The notes under the pieces are model-generated. The model had not been told where the DNA came from. It saw nothing but the letters and a program-made list of their open reading frames with translations, and made no database searches. Both the position numbers and the translations under genes were made by a program. Shown here one piece after another: positions 13,074 to 26,900 of a stretch of 64,000 nt of DNA. The DNA is from Bugula neritina. Lineage: Eukaryota; Animalia; Bryozoa. Each line of letters begins with the position of its first letter. Positions within the stretch are counted from its first letter, which is position 1. The DNA lies in assembly GCA_964035545.1 (NCBI GenBank), contig OZ037767.1, positions 9,062,581-9,126,580 of the forward strand. The letters run 5' to 3'.

Positions 13074-13799
13074 ATAATAAGTAAAAAAAATCTCAAGAAG
13101 TGATCCACAGGGCTTGGATCTCCTCAGCTGCCATCAAAAACTTTACACAAGTGGAGAATGGCCTGTTTTGTCAAGATTTCATGCAGTCAAATTGTTGAAC
13201 AATTAATACTGCAAAATGTTTTAGTGGTAGTAGGCTACTCTACTGGGCTGATCATTATTTAGCAGTTCTACGAAATTTATTATTTCATTTTATTTCATTA
13301 CTTTCCAAATCCATTATTGAGAATAGTGAATTAAATTTCAAAATGAAATGATTTACACGGCCAGCCAAAGCAGTTAAGCCATTGCCAAATACACCAGAGT
13401 GTCGCCCCTGCTGACAATGATCACTTATGTGTGGCAGATAACCCAAGCAGTAGATTTCACAGCAGTCAAAATTCCGCTATTTCATTACGTTTTTGATAAA
13501 GTAATAGCGTGAAATCTAATCTGGATTCATTGATAGCTGCAACAGTATCCTTTCTTAATAGTTTTAGATATAAATAACTGTAGCCTAAGTTATTTATAAG
13601 TTACTCAGTTATATGCTTAATTCTAGTCATGTGCTTTGCTGTTGCTAATGAAACCTGCTTAAAGGTTATAATCTTTGCCATTGGTGCTCATCAAGAGATA
13701 TCCTGGGACTAAAATCTTCACCAGTTCTACTTGAATTCTTACAAAGAGCTTTTTAAAATAAATCTTAAATTAGGGCTAAGCAGGTTAAGAAAGCTAATA

Positions 13800-14080
13800 T
13801 TATTCATCTGTTTGTTGATGACATACTTCACTCAGCTAAATACCAGAGTTACTAAACAGATATGCCTGGAAGCCATTAGGTCTCAACATTCCGCCATTGT
13901 GGAAGCTACTCAATACCATCCGCAGTTTGTACTCACATGCACTTTGTGCAGAGATATTATGTATTTTAGTACCTAGGATAGCTTATGGCTGTACTTTTGC
14001 ATATGCGTTAAGAAAGAAATTATAGTAAACGACAAAGATATCTAAAATGCCATCTGTTGTAGCAAATAAATAGAATGCGT
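13800..14080 (+). pseudogene. Inverted orphan copy of the terminal sulfotransferase exon plus 3' UTR (pseudo-exon)
   Basis: TYFTQLNTRVTKQICLEAIRSQHSAIVEATQYHPQFVLTCTLCRDI aligns with exon 3881-3672. The acceptor is mutated (tttgttg vs tttgtag) and an indel gives a premature TAG at 13974-13976. Confidence 0.85.
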
Positions 14081-14130
14081 GCGCGCACACACACACACAC
14101 ACACACGCACACTCACGCGCGCACACGCAC
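14078..14130. repeat. (CA)n/(CG)n microsatellite
   Basis: gcgcgcacacacacacacac... Confidence 0.85.
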
Positions 14131-14263
14131 ATTAGTCGATACTAGTGGAAATAGTATTCTAAAGTAGGTGCACTATACTACTTAACTAGATATAGCAAGG
14201 CTTAGAAATAATAGTAGAAGTATGTAGAATTAATGTAGAATTACAAACATGCTTATACGACTA

Positions 14264-14498
14264 ATGTGGGTCATTTTACTTAATTTAGTAAACACTCGAA
14301 ATCTCCAGTTTTAGCTATTTTTCCCAATTTAGCTGCTAACATATATAGGTTTTTGCCTAAAACTAATAGCATATCAATAAATACAACTAAATAGTCAAGG
14401 TTATTTTTATTTTGCCTAATTTCCCATGTTTTTTCTAATTATTTAGCTAATTTGGACTTGCAAACCGTTACGGTTTTTTCGTAACGGTCGCACATATA
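14264..14498. mobile_element. Single-arm copy of foldback/MITE family B
   Basis: atgtgggtcattttacttaatttagtaaacact... matches one arm of 19467-19896 and ends in the hairpin accgttacggttttttcgtaacggt. Confidence 0.75.
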
Positions 14499-15173
14499 GA
14501 ATATTAAGTGCATATGACAATGACCTGTGCTTTAATGTTGGGGAATCCCTTCCCAGCCTTTTCTGTTATGCGTAGTTAAAACCAGCACATAAAAATACCA
14601 TGTATAGTAAATTTCAATGGATTTTATGCAAAATTTAATGTTAGGTCATAATTTGCTGGTGTGTACTAAATGAAGTAAACTGACTCGTGTATAAAATATA
14701 GTATTATATATACTGCATAGACTGCACCTAACCATGAAGTTATATTATAATATTTTAATATCATTAAGCTATAAATGTGTCCAGAACAGGACAAAGCGGA
14801 GATAGATGAGAAAAGGTGAGAATAAATGTGCCTAGAATCCAGATAAACTTTATTGGTAGTTATTCTCTCTTTGCACAACAAAGGCCAGCAAGTAGCTTAT
14901 CATAGTTAAAACTAATTTTGGAGATACAATCTTGATAAGATTAAATGAAAAACTTCCATTTGTTTTTGAAGATGTGCCTAAAGTGAATGTGAACTATTTC
15001 TATAAGGGAGATAACTCTAAAATGAGTTTAGCCAACCAAAAACGCTGTTCTAAGCTAGGAAATGTATTTGCTGTGCTCGTTGACATTTTGTCAACCGGCT
15101 GAGACCATTATTATTATAAAGCTTTTACCAATTGAAGTTGATTTCTTTACCCTGTAAACATTTCTTTTTGAAA

Positions 15174-17197
15174 ATGCTACCTTCATTGCTTAGATCTTCT
15201 GCTTTAATGGGTAGAAGAAATGTTACCCTAAATATTCAAAAAGCTAATGTTGTGTCTGGCCCACCTAAAGTACCGATATCTTTAACGGTATGAGTTACAC
15301 TTTATCTTTTTCTAATTCTTGAGTTGAGTTACTAACTGAAGAATTTGAATTACAATTAGTAATACTGTAACGGTATAGCTCTAACTGAGTTAGAATAATA
15401 CTATTGCTAATTGTAATTCAAATTCTTATAGTTTTACTTATTGTTTATTTGTTGTTGTAAAACTGGAAGTCAAAACCTGATGTAACACTATTACTATAAC
15501 TATAAGTATAGTCTACAAGTATAACTATAAGTATTTATAACTATAAGCAAAGTGTAAGTATAACTGTACTATAAGACTAAGTACAAGTCTAAGTAAAGCT
15601 AAATGTTGAACTTGATAATTATTAGTAAATGTAATAGTTAAATGGATTTTCACTGAGTTACACTAACACTTACAGTTGACTGTTGAGGATTTAGAATTTA
15701 AGTTATTGTGTAGCAGTTCAACTTTATTTATGTTATTCGCGTAGTATTTCTCTTACTCTTAGTCACACTCACTGTCGTGGTCATAATTTTAATATATGAA
15801 GTTATTAGTTAATAATTATAATGAAGTATGAGTATGACTATGAGTAAGATTAATTTTATTATTATGATTATCATTGTGATTTAACGACATTCGCAGTCGC
15901 ACTCAGCACTGTGACGGACACACCCACCGTGACAGTAGTTGTAAATCATTAATTTTAAAAATAAATGTTATTAGAAACTTCTTGCCTTTTGGTCATTTGT
16001 GGACGAGTCTTGCTTTACAGTTACAACTTTAACTTAGTCTTACAGTTACAGTAGTAAGAGTGAGGCCACCATGATCATGAACTGATCATGATGATGATGA
16101 GAATAATTTAGTTTCAGTTTCAACATTATGATCATCATTATGATTATCATTATGACCTATGGGTATCGCTATCATCAAATTTAGACACACACTAAAAGTA
16201 AATAACTGATACTCAATTATAGCTTACAGTACATTGAAATTCAATAGTTCCAATTCTGTTTACTGAAGCTCAAACCACTATAATATTACTTGTCAGCTGA
16301 CACAGAAAATTATTTCTAAACTTTTAATTTCCTGCATTGTCTATAACCTCGATCTAGGTAAATTTTGCTCGTAATCATTGCCAATTTCTGTTAATATTGT
16401 TTATGGAGTTTTAGTATTTAAAGTTAGTTTCTCTCAACAGTCTCAAGGTTATGGATATTTAAAAATTCACAGTTTTCTAATAAAAAAATTATTTCAGGTC
16501 ATATTATCAGATAGAAAAATTGCTTTGATGTATTTGTTATTTTAGTTTTCAATTCATTTTTGTTATGTTCTGAATTTGACATCCATTATTAGTTTGCAGC
16601 ACAAAATGGCCAGTAACAATTAGTCTCATCATAAAAAAATACTGCAATTGCTGACAGAATAGTGAGCTGCTGTAGTTTGTATCTACAGCTATAAATTAAT
16701 GCATGTGAGGGATGTAGTAATTGTCTGCGATGAAATTCAGCAAATGGGAATTTAATTTAGTCCATTGACTCTTTCACTGATTTTTAGTTTATCTATAAAC
16801 TGTCAGAATCATTAATTTGAGGTCTTATCATTCTGACATTATCATGACTGACATGGAAAATAGTTAGTAAGAAAGAAGCTTCAATGCTTTTACAGATTGT
16901 TACCATTTGCTGTAAAAAAATCTTCTTGCTTTATGTTTACATCTGTAGTAACAGTTTATTTTTTCAACATACACATTCCATCTGTTATGGTGGTCGATAG
17001 GTTGGGCTGAAAGCTTAGGAAACTATTTTTTCATGAAATGCATCTAGTTTCAAATTTTGTAATTAATTCATAAATTGCTGTGATTGTAGGAAAAAGTTGG
17101 CTTGACTGTATTTCTGGCTGTTGGTGTTTTTGGATACCCAATGTATGTGTTGGCAAATGTTAAAAGATATAGATTCGGAGACGTTGACAGTGAATAA
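15174..17197 (+). CDS. COX8: Cytochrome c oxidase subunit 8, mitochondrial (73 aa, two coding exons)
   Basis: Exon 15174-15287 MLPSLLRSSALMGRRNVTLNIQKANVVSGPPKVPISLT|gtatga and exon 17090-17197 EKVGLTVFLAVGVFGYPMYVLANVKRYRFGDVDSE*. Basic presequence, VVSGPP..IS..EKV motif and single TM with P..VL..VK.Y match insect COX8. AATAAA at ~17628. Confidence 0.85.
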
Positions 17198-17988
17198 TAG
17201 TATTCCTTCAGTTTGAGGTAAGTGAGTGTGATGGTAAACCAACAAAAACCTAAACAATGATGTACATAATTGAAAATAGAAACCTAGAAAAAGTGTTATC
17301 TTTATTACTTTCACCTAGTTGTATTAAATAGAACCAACCCTGCATTGAGTAGTATTTTAGGTTGTCTTGTTCCTTTATGCTTTACATTGAGTTTAATTTG
17401 TAGAGATTTCTCTGATGCTACAATGATTGGGTGATAACGAATCTTAGACACTTCTCTGGTGCTCATGTAGCTTCAAGCCTTGCATTGCCAAAGAGAAACT
17501 ATATAACCCCATAATATTTACTCACTCCATGTCAATCATTGTACAAAAGAACGATTTCTCATTAGTATTTGGTCTCGTGTAATCTTCTAATTATTATCTG
17601 CTTATTTTCAACCTCATAGATGTATACAAATAAAATATTTTGTAATTAATAATTTTTGGTTATGATACAATTATGTGGGGAAAAATAATATCAGCTAAAT
17701 TCCACAACAACCATTTATCGTGATAAATTAAGGCTTTATTTCCAAAAATATAAAAAATTGAGCATGTTAAAAATAAATACATTATACAACATTGTAATAT
17801 AAGTAATAAAACTAGCAAATTCATAGTCAAACGCCAATTACCAAAAAAGTCCATTCGTAAATAAAAGCTAATAAAGTTACTCTAATAAATTTACAAAACT
17901 TGCTTTTTAGCAGAGGGCATCTAATGTATAATTTTGCCAAGCTTAGAGCTTCCTAAGGTGATCATATAAACATGGTTCAACTTAAATT

Positions 17989-20900
17989 CTAACTAACCCC
18001 TTGTACTACCGCTGGTATGTCATTTCTGCTTCCAGACTGTAAAGTGCTGAGTACACTTGCTTTTCTATTCTTATTTAGTACTTTCATTTTAGCTTTTAAA
18101 TCGGATTCAACATCATCTTCTATCTAGAAATTGCATTAAAAATATTGTTTGTAGATTCTTAACACGTAAAACAAATTTTGATTATGTGACATAAAATAAT
18201 CAGAACTTCAAATCTACATGATCAGCAGTTTAAAACAGGCTTATTTTACCATTGACTACTGTTTTATAAGTAAGTCACTTAACAGATAAAGCTGAGCAAA
18301 GATTTAAAAGCAAAACAATGAAATTGAAAATGCAATTTACTAAGTCAGAAACTAGGAAAATGACCTTTTATCTATACCCATGCCATATAAGATAGTACAT
18401 ATAGATACATGAAACAGCTGCTGTACACAGATTGAGGTATATATATTTATATATTAGTCCAACTATATAGTGTGAAACAAAGTTAGCTCAACAATAGTAT
18501 GAAACGATCCGTATTGCTATCTGAAAGCCATGCAAATAGAAACTATACTCAATAAGCAGTAGACAGCAACAAATAACAATGCATACGAGCATAAGCAAGA
18601 AATAGCTAGCACAGGGGTGGGCAAACCTTAATACGAGACTGAGGAGGGGAATCCTCGCCATCTGTGTCCTGCAGAATTACAATCTTAAATAATTATTTTC
18701 GTTTTAACAAAAGTTAAAAGCAATTATCTCAAAGCACTCCATTAAACAATGTCCCAAAACAAGCATTGTGTAATTTGGAAGCATCCATAGTTGAGCAGAA
18801 TTATTGATACTTATAATTTTAGACTTAATGAACTTGTTTTGTCAGTTTTAGTGCAATTTGCAATGACTTTTGTTAGTTCAGCAACTAGCATTTTCTGCAA
18901 CTCATCAGTTAGGTTTCAGAACAACCTAGTTAGCTAGCACACCTCAACTTTCCTACCCTGTTTAGACATGATAGTAATACAGAGAATTAACCAAACGTTG
19001 GTACATGTCCTTCCATCTGCAATTAGCGGAATCATATTAGAAAATTCATCCAGCACAGGCATACAGTTGAAAATACAAAAATAAATCTGTAAATTTGTGA
19101 TAAAATATTATTAAGATTGCTACAGTAAATACTTTAATGAGTATAAATTTCATCATGATTTGTAAGCACTATTCCTTATATAGTAATCTATCCACATTTC
19201 ACTAAACTATCTATCAATATTAGATAATATAATAATTTTTTCCATAACCGTCTTTTTCTGTACAGACTGAACGTACCTTGACCTTGAGACCGTCTGTTAT
19301 ACTGTAGGTCAGAGAGGATACTTTGAGTGCGTGCATTGGACCAGGCTTTATCATCGGTAAACTAAGCCTCTCTTCTTTGGGAGGCTGAGAATTTTGGAAG
19401 TCCTCATAACGTTTCTGAAGAGTCTTTTGTCTTTTACTAACTGCAGTTATATAAACCACATACCCATATGTGGGTCATTTTACTTAATTTAGTACACACT
19501 AGAAATCTCCAGTTTTTAGCTATTTTTCACAATTTAGCTGGTAATGAACATGCTTTTTGCCCATAACTAGTAAAGTATCAATAAATACACCTATATAATC
19601 AAGGTTATTTTCAATTTTGCTTGATTTCCCAGAATTTTTCTCAATTATTCAGCTACTTTCGATCGCGGGACTGTTACGAAAAAACCATAACAGTCCGCAA
19701 TCCAAATTAGCTAAATAAATAGGAAAAAACATGGGAAATCAAGCAAAATTAAAAATAACCTTGATTGTTTAGGTGTATTTATTGATATTTTACTAGTTTT
19801 GGGCAAAAACCAATGTTCATTAGCAGCTAAATTGTGAAAAATAGCTAAGAACTGCAGATTTCCAGTGTGTACTAAATTAAGCAAAATGGCCCATATGTAT
19901 TTTTCAAAGACTATAAGCTGTAACTTGAAAAAAAATAGAAAAGTTCAAAAATGTTGCATAAGTCATAAGTACAGACTGGACAAATGAAAACAAATATATT
20001 GTTATAAAGAAGGTAAGAAGATAAGTAGATTACAATACAAGAGAAATTAAAAACAGAATATGAATCCGGTCCTGGCTAGGACTTGGTACAAGTCTAGCTA
20101 TAAGAATGAGCAACTAAAAAGTAAGGCCCACAAAAGTTTCCTTAATAGTAAAGATTCCTGTGAGAGAATCATCCGTTTCCTGTCGTAGCAGTACAAACAG
20201 TTCTCTTGTTTACACTCAAAAGTGGTATTCAAATCACAGGATTCAAGTTAGTAACTAGTGCAGCATTACTGAGAATATAATATAATAATAAATGGAGTAA
20301 TAGAAAGACTGAGAATGTATACTGATGGCTGTGGTAATAGAGACTGGCAATTTACTGGCTCGTTTATTTGGATCTTCTGGAGGCTTATATGTCTTCATAA
20401 AGCCAGCCCAATATGGCAGCAGCTCCTTGAATATAACAAATTGGGCCTCATCAAATAAACTAGCTATTATTTCCTTGCCTTGCATCACTTTCACAGCGTT
20501 CTTTATCATGCGATTGCACATCTCCGATGAGATATCAATCTATTAATAGAACATATAGGCCTAGAAATCAAAACTCTAAAACAATAATTGTACAGTCAGT
20601 GAAACAGCAATGCCAACTTATTCTAGTGAAGCAAAATCAACTGTGAAACAAATAATTATGTTAAAGAATTTGATTCCCAAAAACCACGCAGAGAAATTAG
20701 TTTTCGAAATAAGATAATATTTGTACTATCATAAACATTCTACCATATTTTAAGGACATAGGGCAACAAATAACAATGAATAAAGCTTTCATTGCTGGTA
20801 CATGAGATATTTTCAGACAAATTGCATATGAATATTATCTACTTGTAGAAAATTGACAAGTATCACATCAAAAGTTTGAAAAAAACTTTAATTGTTTGAA

Positions 20901-23900
20901 TAATCATCACTAGAGATTTCACTCAGACTAGCTACGCTGCCACTGCCAGAGTGTTCAACTGTTTTCTCTTTTTTGCTGGCCGGTCAGAAACCACCCAGTG
21001 GCTGTGAATTTACTGCAACTTTTGAAAAGATGTGGTGAGTGTTTGACCACTCCTTTTAGTGACACAGTGTGCGGGTACCTACTATAACTCATTAGTTAAT
21101 TTAATAACTACATAAAAGTAAATACAAATAAGCTGAGCCATTTGAAATACAGCATGAATTTGAACCTGGCAGGAAGGGTGTATAGAAGATTCTAGAAAGC
21201 AGTCTACAATAGCTTGACACTTCCTCTTAACCAACTCCTCGTCAGTGAAACTATGTGTCAGCTCCTTGTACTTCTGCACCTCCAGGTAAAACATCAAATC
21301 TGCAATAAAACTATATGTACTGCAAAGTTATGCTTGGCTAGAATAGCAAATGAAAGTAGAAAAACCAATGATTTAAAATGGGGTATTAAGTATGTCGGAT
21401 GTGAAGCAAAAACTACCTACATATAAATATTAAAATGGATTGTTGACTTTAATTCATCATTAGCTACAACTTATGGAGTACGTTCAGAGCTCTATAAGTA
21501 CAGATACTATGCTATTATTAATAGAGTGCCCAGTTTCCCCAACAAAATAAAGTTTGGCAGTCTGAAACTTATAATTTCTGCCGCTTCAGTAAAGTAAAAA
21601 TATTCAACAGGCAATCTTGTGAGTGATTTGGAGTTCAGAATGATGTCAACAGAGCGATCACATGATAACACATTGTCAGAAAATCAGCACTACACTACCT
21701 TTATCTATGAGTGGGCTATTGTCCTCCTCCCCATGCTTGATGAGGTACTTCCAGAAGTAGTCTATTTGCACCGTAGGTTTACCATTCAGCAGAGACTCTT
21801 GCAGACTGTGCATCAGAGACAACTTATCGTCTTTAGAAGGTGGGGCACGCCCAGTCTACATGACAATACAATATATCAGACAACTAGTTTATATGCTCCA
21901 TCACTGTACAAGCATACTAAATAAATACTTTATAACAACATGCAGCAAAACAATTCAACGTTGTTACGCAGAAATATATCAACATAAAATAATTGTGTTG
22001 ACCATTACTACTTTCATGTAGGATAAAGCACCTTACTTCACACTAAATAAAAGAATTAACTGGTGATAACCTGCTAATTTCCAGTACTGATTTTCATAGT
22101 GAAGTGTGCATTTAATGATATTAAAGACATTTGTATGTTTACATTTAAAGTTTGAAGCAAGTTTTCAATAGAAATAAATGGCGCTTGAGCAACCATAGTG
22201 AGGGATGCCAGGCATGCTATGATTCATTACGAGCTGTGCCCACAAGGCATGTTACATAACATTTACCTGTGCAGATACATGTTACATCACATTTACCAGC
22301 ACAGGTACAGGTACAAGCATTTCACACAAATACAAACACACCACACATAGACCGGGAGCTGTTGCATGCACCAGATGTTATATTCTACTAACTCTATATT
22401 ACGCAGCACTACATCTACCTGCAGTTAGCAGAGTACTCTAAAACCTGGCACATTGTGACTCTTGTATTCCATAGCTTTGATTATTATGCAGTACGAAGTA
22501 AAACTGCAGCATATAAAGAAATAAAATATTCTGCAGGTATGGTTATACTTCAGTTGACATTCCACAGTTACAACTTGTGCGTACAAATACTTAAGAGTGA
22601 AAACTAGCCAGAAACTAATGGTGTAAGTTAGTAACCAGCTAGCACTTATATACTTTAGAAGTATTTTGAGAGGCACAGCAAAAACACACATGTAGATAGA
22701 ATATTGAACTGGCATCATGATAAATAATCTAAAATTCTAATGCTACTATCACTTATATAATTTTCAGCAAAAAGTAAGTTACAACCTTTATCATCAAAGT
22801 TGAGGATTCATTTCCTTTTCATACTTTGTCACTTAAAACTCGTTGCAAACATTATTATTACAAGGTCTTCATTTCGTACATTCACGTGTACATCAAACTA
22901 GCATAAGTATGTCTGCGCAACACGCTACACATTTTGATGAGTTCATCAAATACTTAGAATATACATTTGTATGGATAAATAGCCTAAGAACACAGTAAGC
23001 ATGCTACATGCTATACGAAGGCACGACGACTTACACCTCTGTACCCCTTAACGGGTGGTGGCTCAACAAACCACTCGACTATTTGCCTTATAACGAGGCT
23101 AGGTCTTGGCTTTATACCAATACTATGTTTCCGCACCACATCTTTTATACTGAGCTGTTGTACAAACAATAGTATGTTGTAAAAAAAATAAGAAATAGAA
23201 ATCAAGCAAACAGTTCAGCTTGCAGGGTATGTCCTTTACTTGAGTATATATTGTATGTTTTTGTGCAAAGAAAATCTTTGTGAAATGATTTCATTAAAGC
23301 CTTTCACAGCATTTTCTTTTCAGATGTTATAAGCAGAAGCAAAATATACTCTTGCATTTGGGGCACCCAAACCAACTCATAGCATGGCTGATGTGCAAGG
23401 GTCCAGCGTGCAGCAAAAGCTCTGATTCATTCACTAAACAAACAAGCCATCATCAACTCAGTTGTAGTGTTTTACCTGCTTCTTTTTACGCTGCTTAGGT
23501 ACAACACCGACAGCGTTGTCACTAGCAACACTACCCTTGTCGTCACCTTCGCCGTCATCCTTTATATCACAACATAATTCAACAGTAAGCTGATGAAGTT
23601 GACACCTTTATACTAATTCTTACAGATGGTCAGTACCACATGTCATAGAATAGACTGGTAATACAAGATATGTAGTCCTGAAGAATTTATCATACATATG
23701 CAAACAGACAAACAGACAGATAATTTACACCTTACCCTGCGTTGGCGACCACCTTTTCTGCCTTTCCCAATCCCTGCATCTGCTTCCATCCTCATGGATA
23801 GCTCAGCCTGCGACATGGTGGCCAGCACTTTTGGCTCGACGCCAAACTCCTCTGCCTGGCTCTAAAACACAGCACCAACCCTTAACACCACATTTTAACT

Positions 23901-26900
23901 TAATAAACAGAACTCAAAACTTTGAGGTTAAAATCCCATCAGAAAATTAAACACTCAAGCAAACTTTCAACCATAAAATAGGAATCTGAAAATGACTGCA
24001 AGATATATTCATGTAGTGAATGTAAGTACAGTTCTGTTGCTGTAATAAGAACCAAGTATGAATAATGAGAGATACAAACATAAACATGATGGTTTTTGAG
24101 AGCCACATGGCGGGATATAGAGCAGTAAGCAGGTTGCTATAGTATAACTAGTGAAGACTAGCTACACAAGCTGGGGTAGTACTAGCAAGCATCTACTCTA
24201 TTCAATAAACGTCCAATAATAATAAACAAGATAATTCCACTAAAGACAACATGAAAGCAGCCTAAATTGTATCTCTCAATACATAAGAGCAGTTGGTGTA
24301 AACTGGCTGTATTTTTGCACAGTGAAACAGGTACAGCTGGAGATACTCAACACCAAACTGGGAAAGGCTGTACTCAGCGCTTTACCTTATTCCGAACTTT
24401 TGTACGTTCAGCTTGAAATGCCTTTAGATGGTGCCCACTTAAAGACTGGAAATTTCAAGCAAATTAAAGATTTGATAAGAAAAAACATTAGCTAAGAAAG
24501 AGCTAGTTGGTGATTTAATTATGTTACTGTAGTCTGTACAGTGGCCAAGATTATTATCTAAACTGAAAAGTTAATTTACAGCAAAGTGAACAGTTAGTTT
24601 CAAGTCAAGCAGAAAAGAACACATGTTAGTGAGAGTGAAAAGAAAAAAATTGCAGTCATTGCATTTGTGCATAGGAGCCTGCTCTAACCAAGATATTTAG
24701 ACTAATACTTTTACTCGTTTTTAACATATTGTTGAAATCATTGAAATATAACAAGTAAAGAGAGTTATGTTTCAAATGTTGAAAAGGCAAAGTTAGTAGT
24801 AAGCAACAGTATACAAGTTGGGAACAGTATACAAGTGAATAAGATTTAATAAACACGAACCTCAAAAAATTGCTGAAACATTGGGTTTATAAGAACGACT
24901 AACAATCTCTGCGCCTCGTTGAATGTGGCTGTCTTAGGTCGGTCCTTCTCAGAGGCAAGACGACTCTTGAGCTTCTCACTTGTAACTTTAACTTGCTTCT
25001 TTGCATTAGACTCCATGAATGTCTTGTAGATAAATGCAGCCTGTTTGGTAGTAGAAACACCGAAACACCGTTAATAAAAACATACCATTATTCATTATTT
25101 TATTCAAGTCACTAAAATAAAAAATCACAGTTACATTTATTTAGCTACTTAATTTCTTAATTACTTCTTATAAATCAAAATACTGGCATGTAAAATACTA
25201 AAATACTCTCTACTTGTGAGATTAGGACATGAGACATGTTTGGGTTATTGACTTCTAGCAACAGATTGAATAGAGAGAACATCATGCTGCATTGACATCT
25301 TCAACATACCACAGTTACCATGACACCGTTTGAGTTCTTAAAACAGACAGAACTTCATAACACAATTAATAGATAAATACTATTATAGAATATATTAATT
25401 AGCAAAGTAGTTGAGAATTGTTGGAGCAACTGTATACCAACCTGGAGATCTTTCTTTGTTTTTGGTTTATTTTCTGTCTTGTGGTAGTTGTCTACTTCCA
25501 GATAGAAATTCACTACATTGATCATGTCTTTAGAGTCGTTCTCGAGTAAGTACTTCTTGAACAGACTCATCATCCTGAAGTTATGAGCAGAATGAAATGC
25601 AGAAAGCGTGAATAACAGTCAGAAATCAACGGCAATATCAGACTATAAACTGAACAGCATATCAGACTATCTGTCTGAATGCAAGCCAATAAGGTTCACA
25701 GCACTCAGCCTATATACATTAAGTTTCTAATCTTAGCATTATGCAAATAAATTTTTTGTTCAATGTTTGGGAACAGTTGCATCGAATGAAACCCCAACCA
25801 TAAATTCATCCATACAGAGCATTTGCATTCTTCGCATAATGCGAGGAATGGAAATGCAGTAAAAAAATATAGTGTGAAAATAAAACTAGACCCGCACTAA
25901 CTATATTTACTACCAGTTTAGTTAGTTCTATAGTATAATTAGTACCATTTTTTACCGTAATCTTACTTTTAGTAAAAATATAACCTACTGTCGGCTTTTC
26001 ACCATTTCAACAAATTCCACATCTTTCTCGTGCAAAGCAGCGTGAATTCTCGCTGATTTCCTGTCATCTTTAGTAGGCGAGTCCCTCGAGTGGCCACTCT
26101 TCCTTGACTTACCGGACCGGGGAAACAGACTCTCCCCAAACTCATCCGTCTCTAAAGGTTCTCCATCTGGTCCTAAGGCTATTTCGCCCGATTGTCTGCT
26201 CTTGGCATTCAAATCCTAACCAATAACAATACAAATATATAATAAAACAAAAACATTAAACAAATAGTTTACACTTTTTAAAATTAAAAGTCAAAATTCA
26301 TGCTTTAAAATGATTGGATGTATAAAATATATTATTAATCAAAACAATATATCAACACAAATACTATCAGACACACAAGCAGTAGGCACTATTATTGTAG
26401 GTCATAGCATGTTCAACAATAATCTTGTCGAGCAAATAGCTTTCATCTCATATGTGTATTGTACATGTATATATTTGTACTTTGACAGTCTAATTTTACT
26501 GAGCATTGCCAAGTGTACAGGTACAAATAAACAATGAAGAAGCATAACTAATGAAAAAATATAAATAGTGTATCAAAATTGAAGTATGAAACATCAATGG
26601 AGCCTGTAATTTAATTACTTACACTATGAAGGAGTAGGCGTATATCAGTATGACAAAATGGGTGTTGGAAAAATGCACATAACAGTTACAATGCGAATTT
26701 GCTAGTGAGACTTAGAGGTGTGCATATATTGCAAGCATATGAGTTTAAACACCAAGTTATATAGTCCCACTTCCTGGGTGACTTCATTTGAATATTAAAT
26801 TATTTAAATGCAATAAAATAAAAAAGTGAAATAATAGGCACAACAAAGAGGCCCAAGAGAGAGCACACAACTCATTGTTACTTATTAGAAAAAATTGAAA

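Noticed and set aside
17063-17314. Minus-strand 83-aa ORF
   Set aside because: Antisense shadow of COX8 exon 2.
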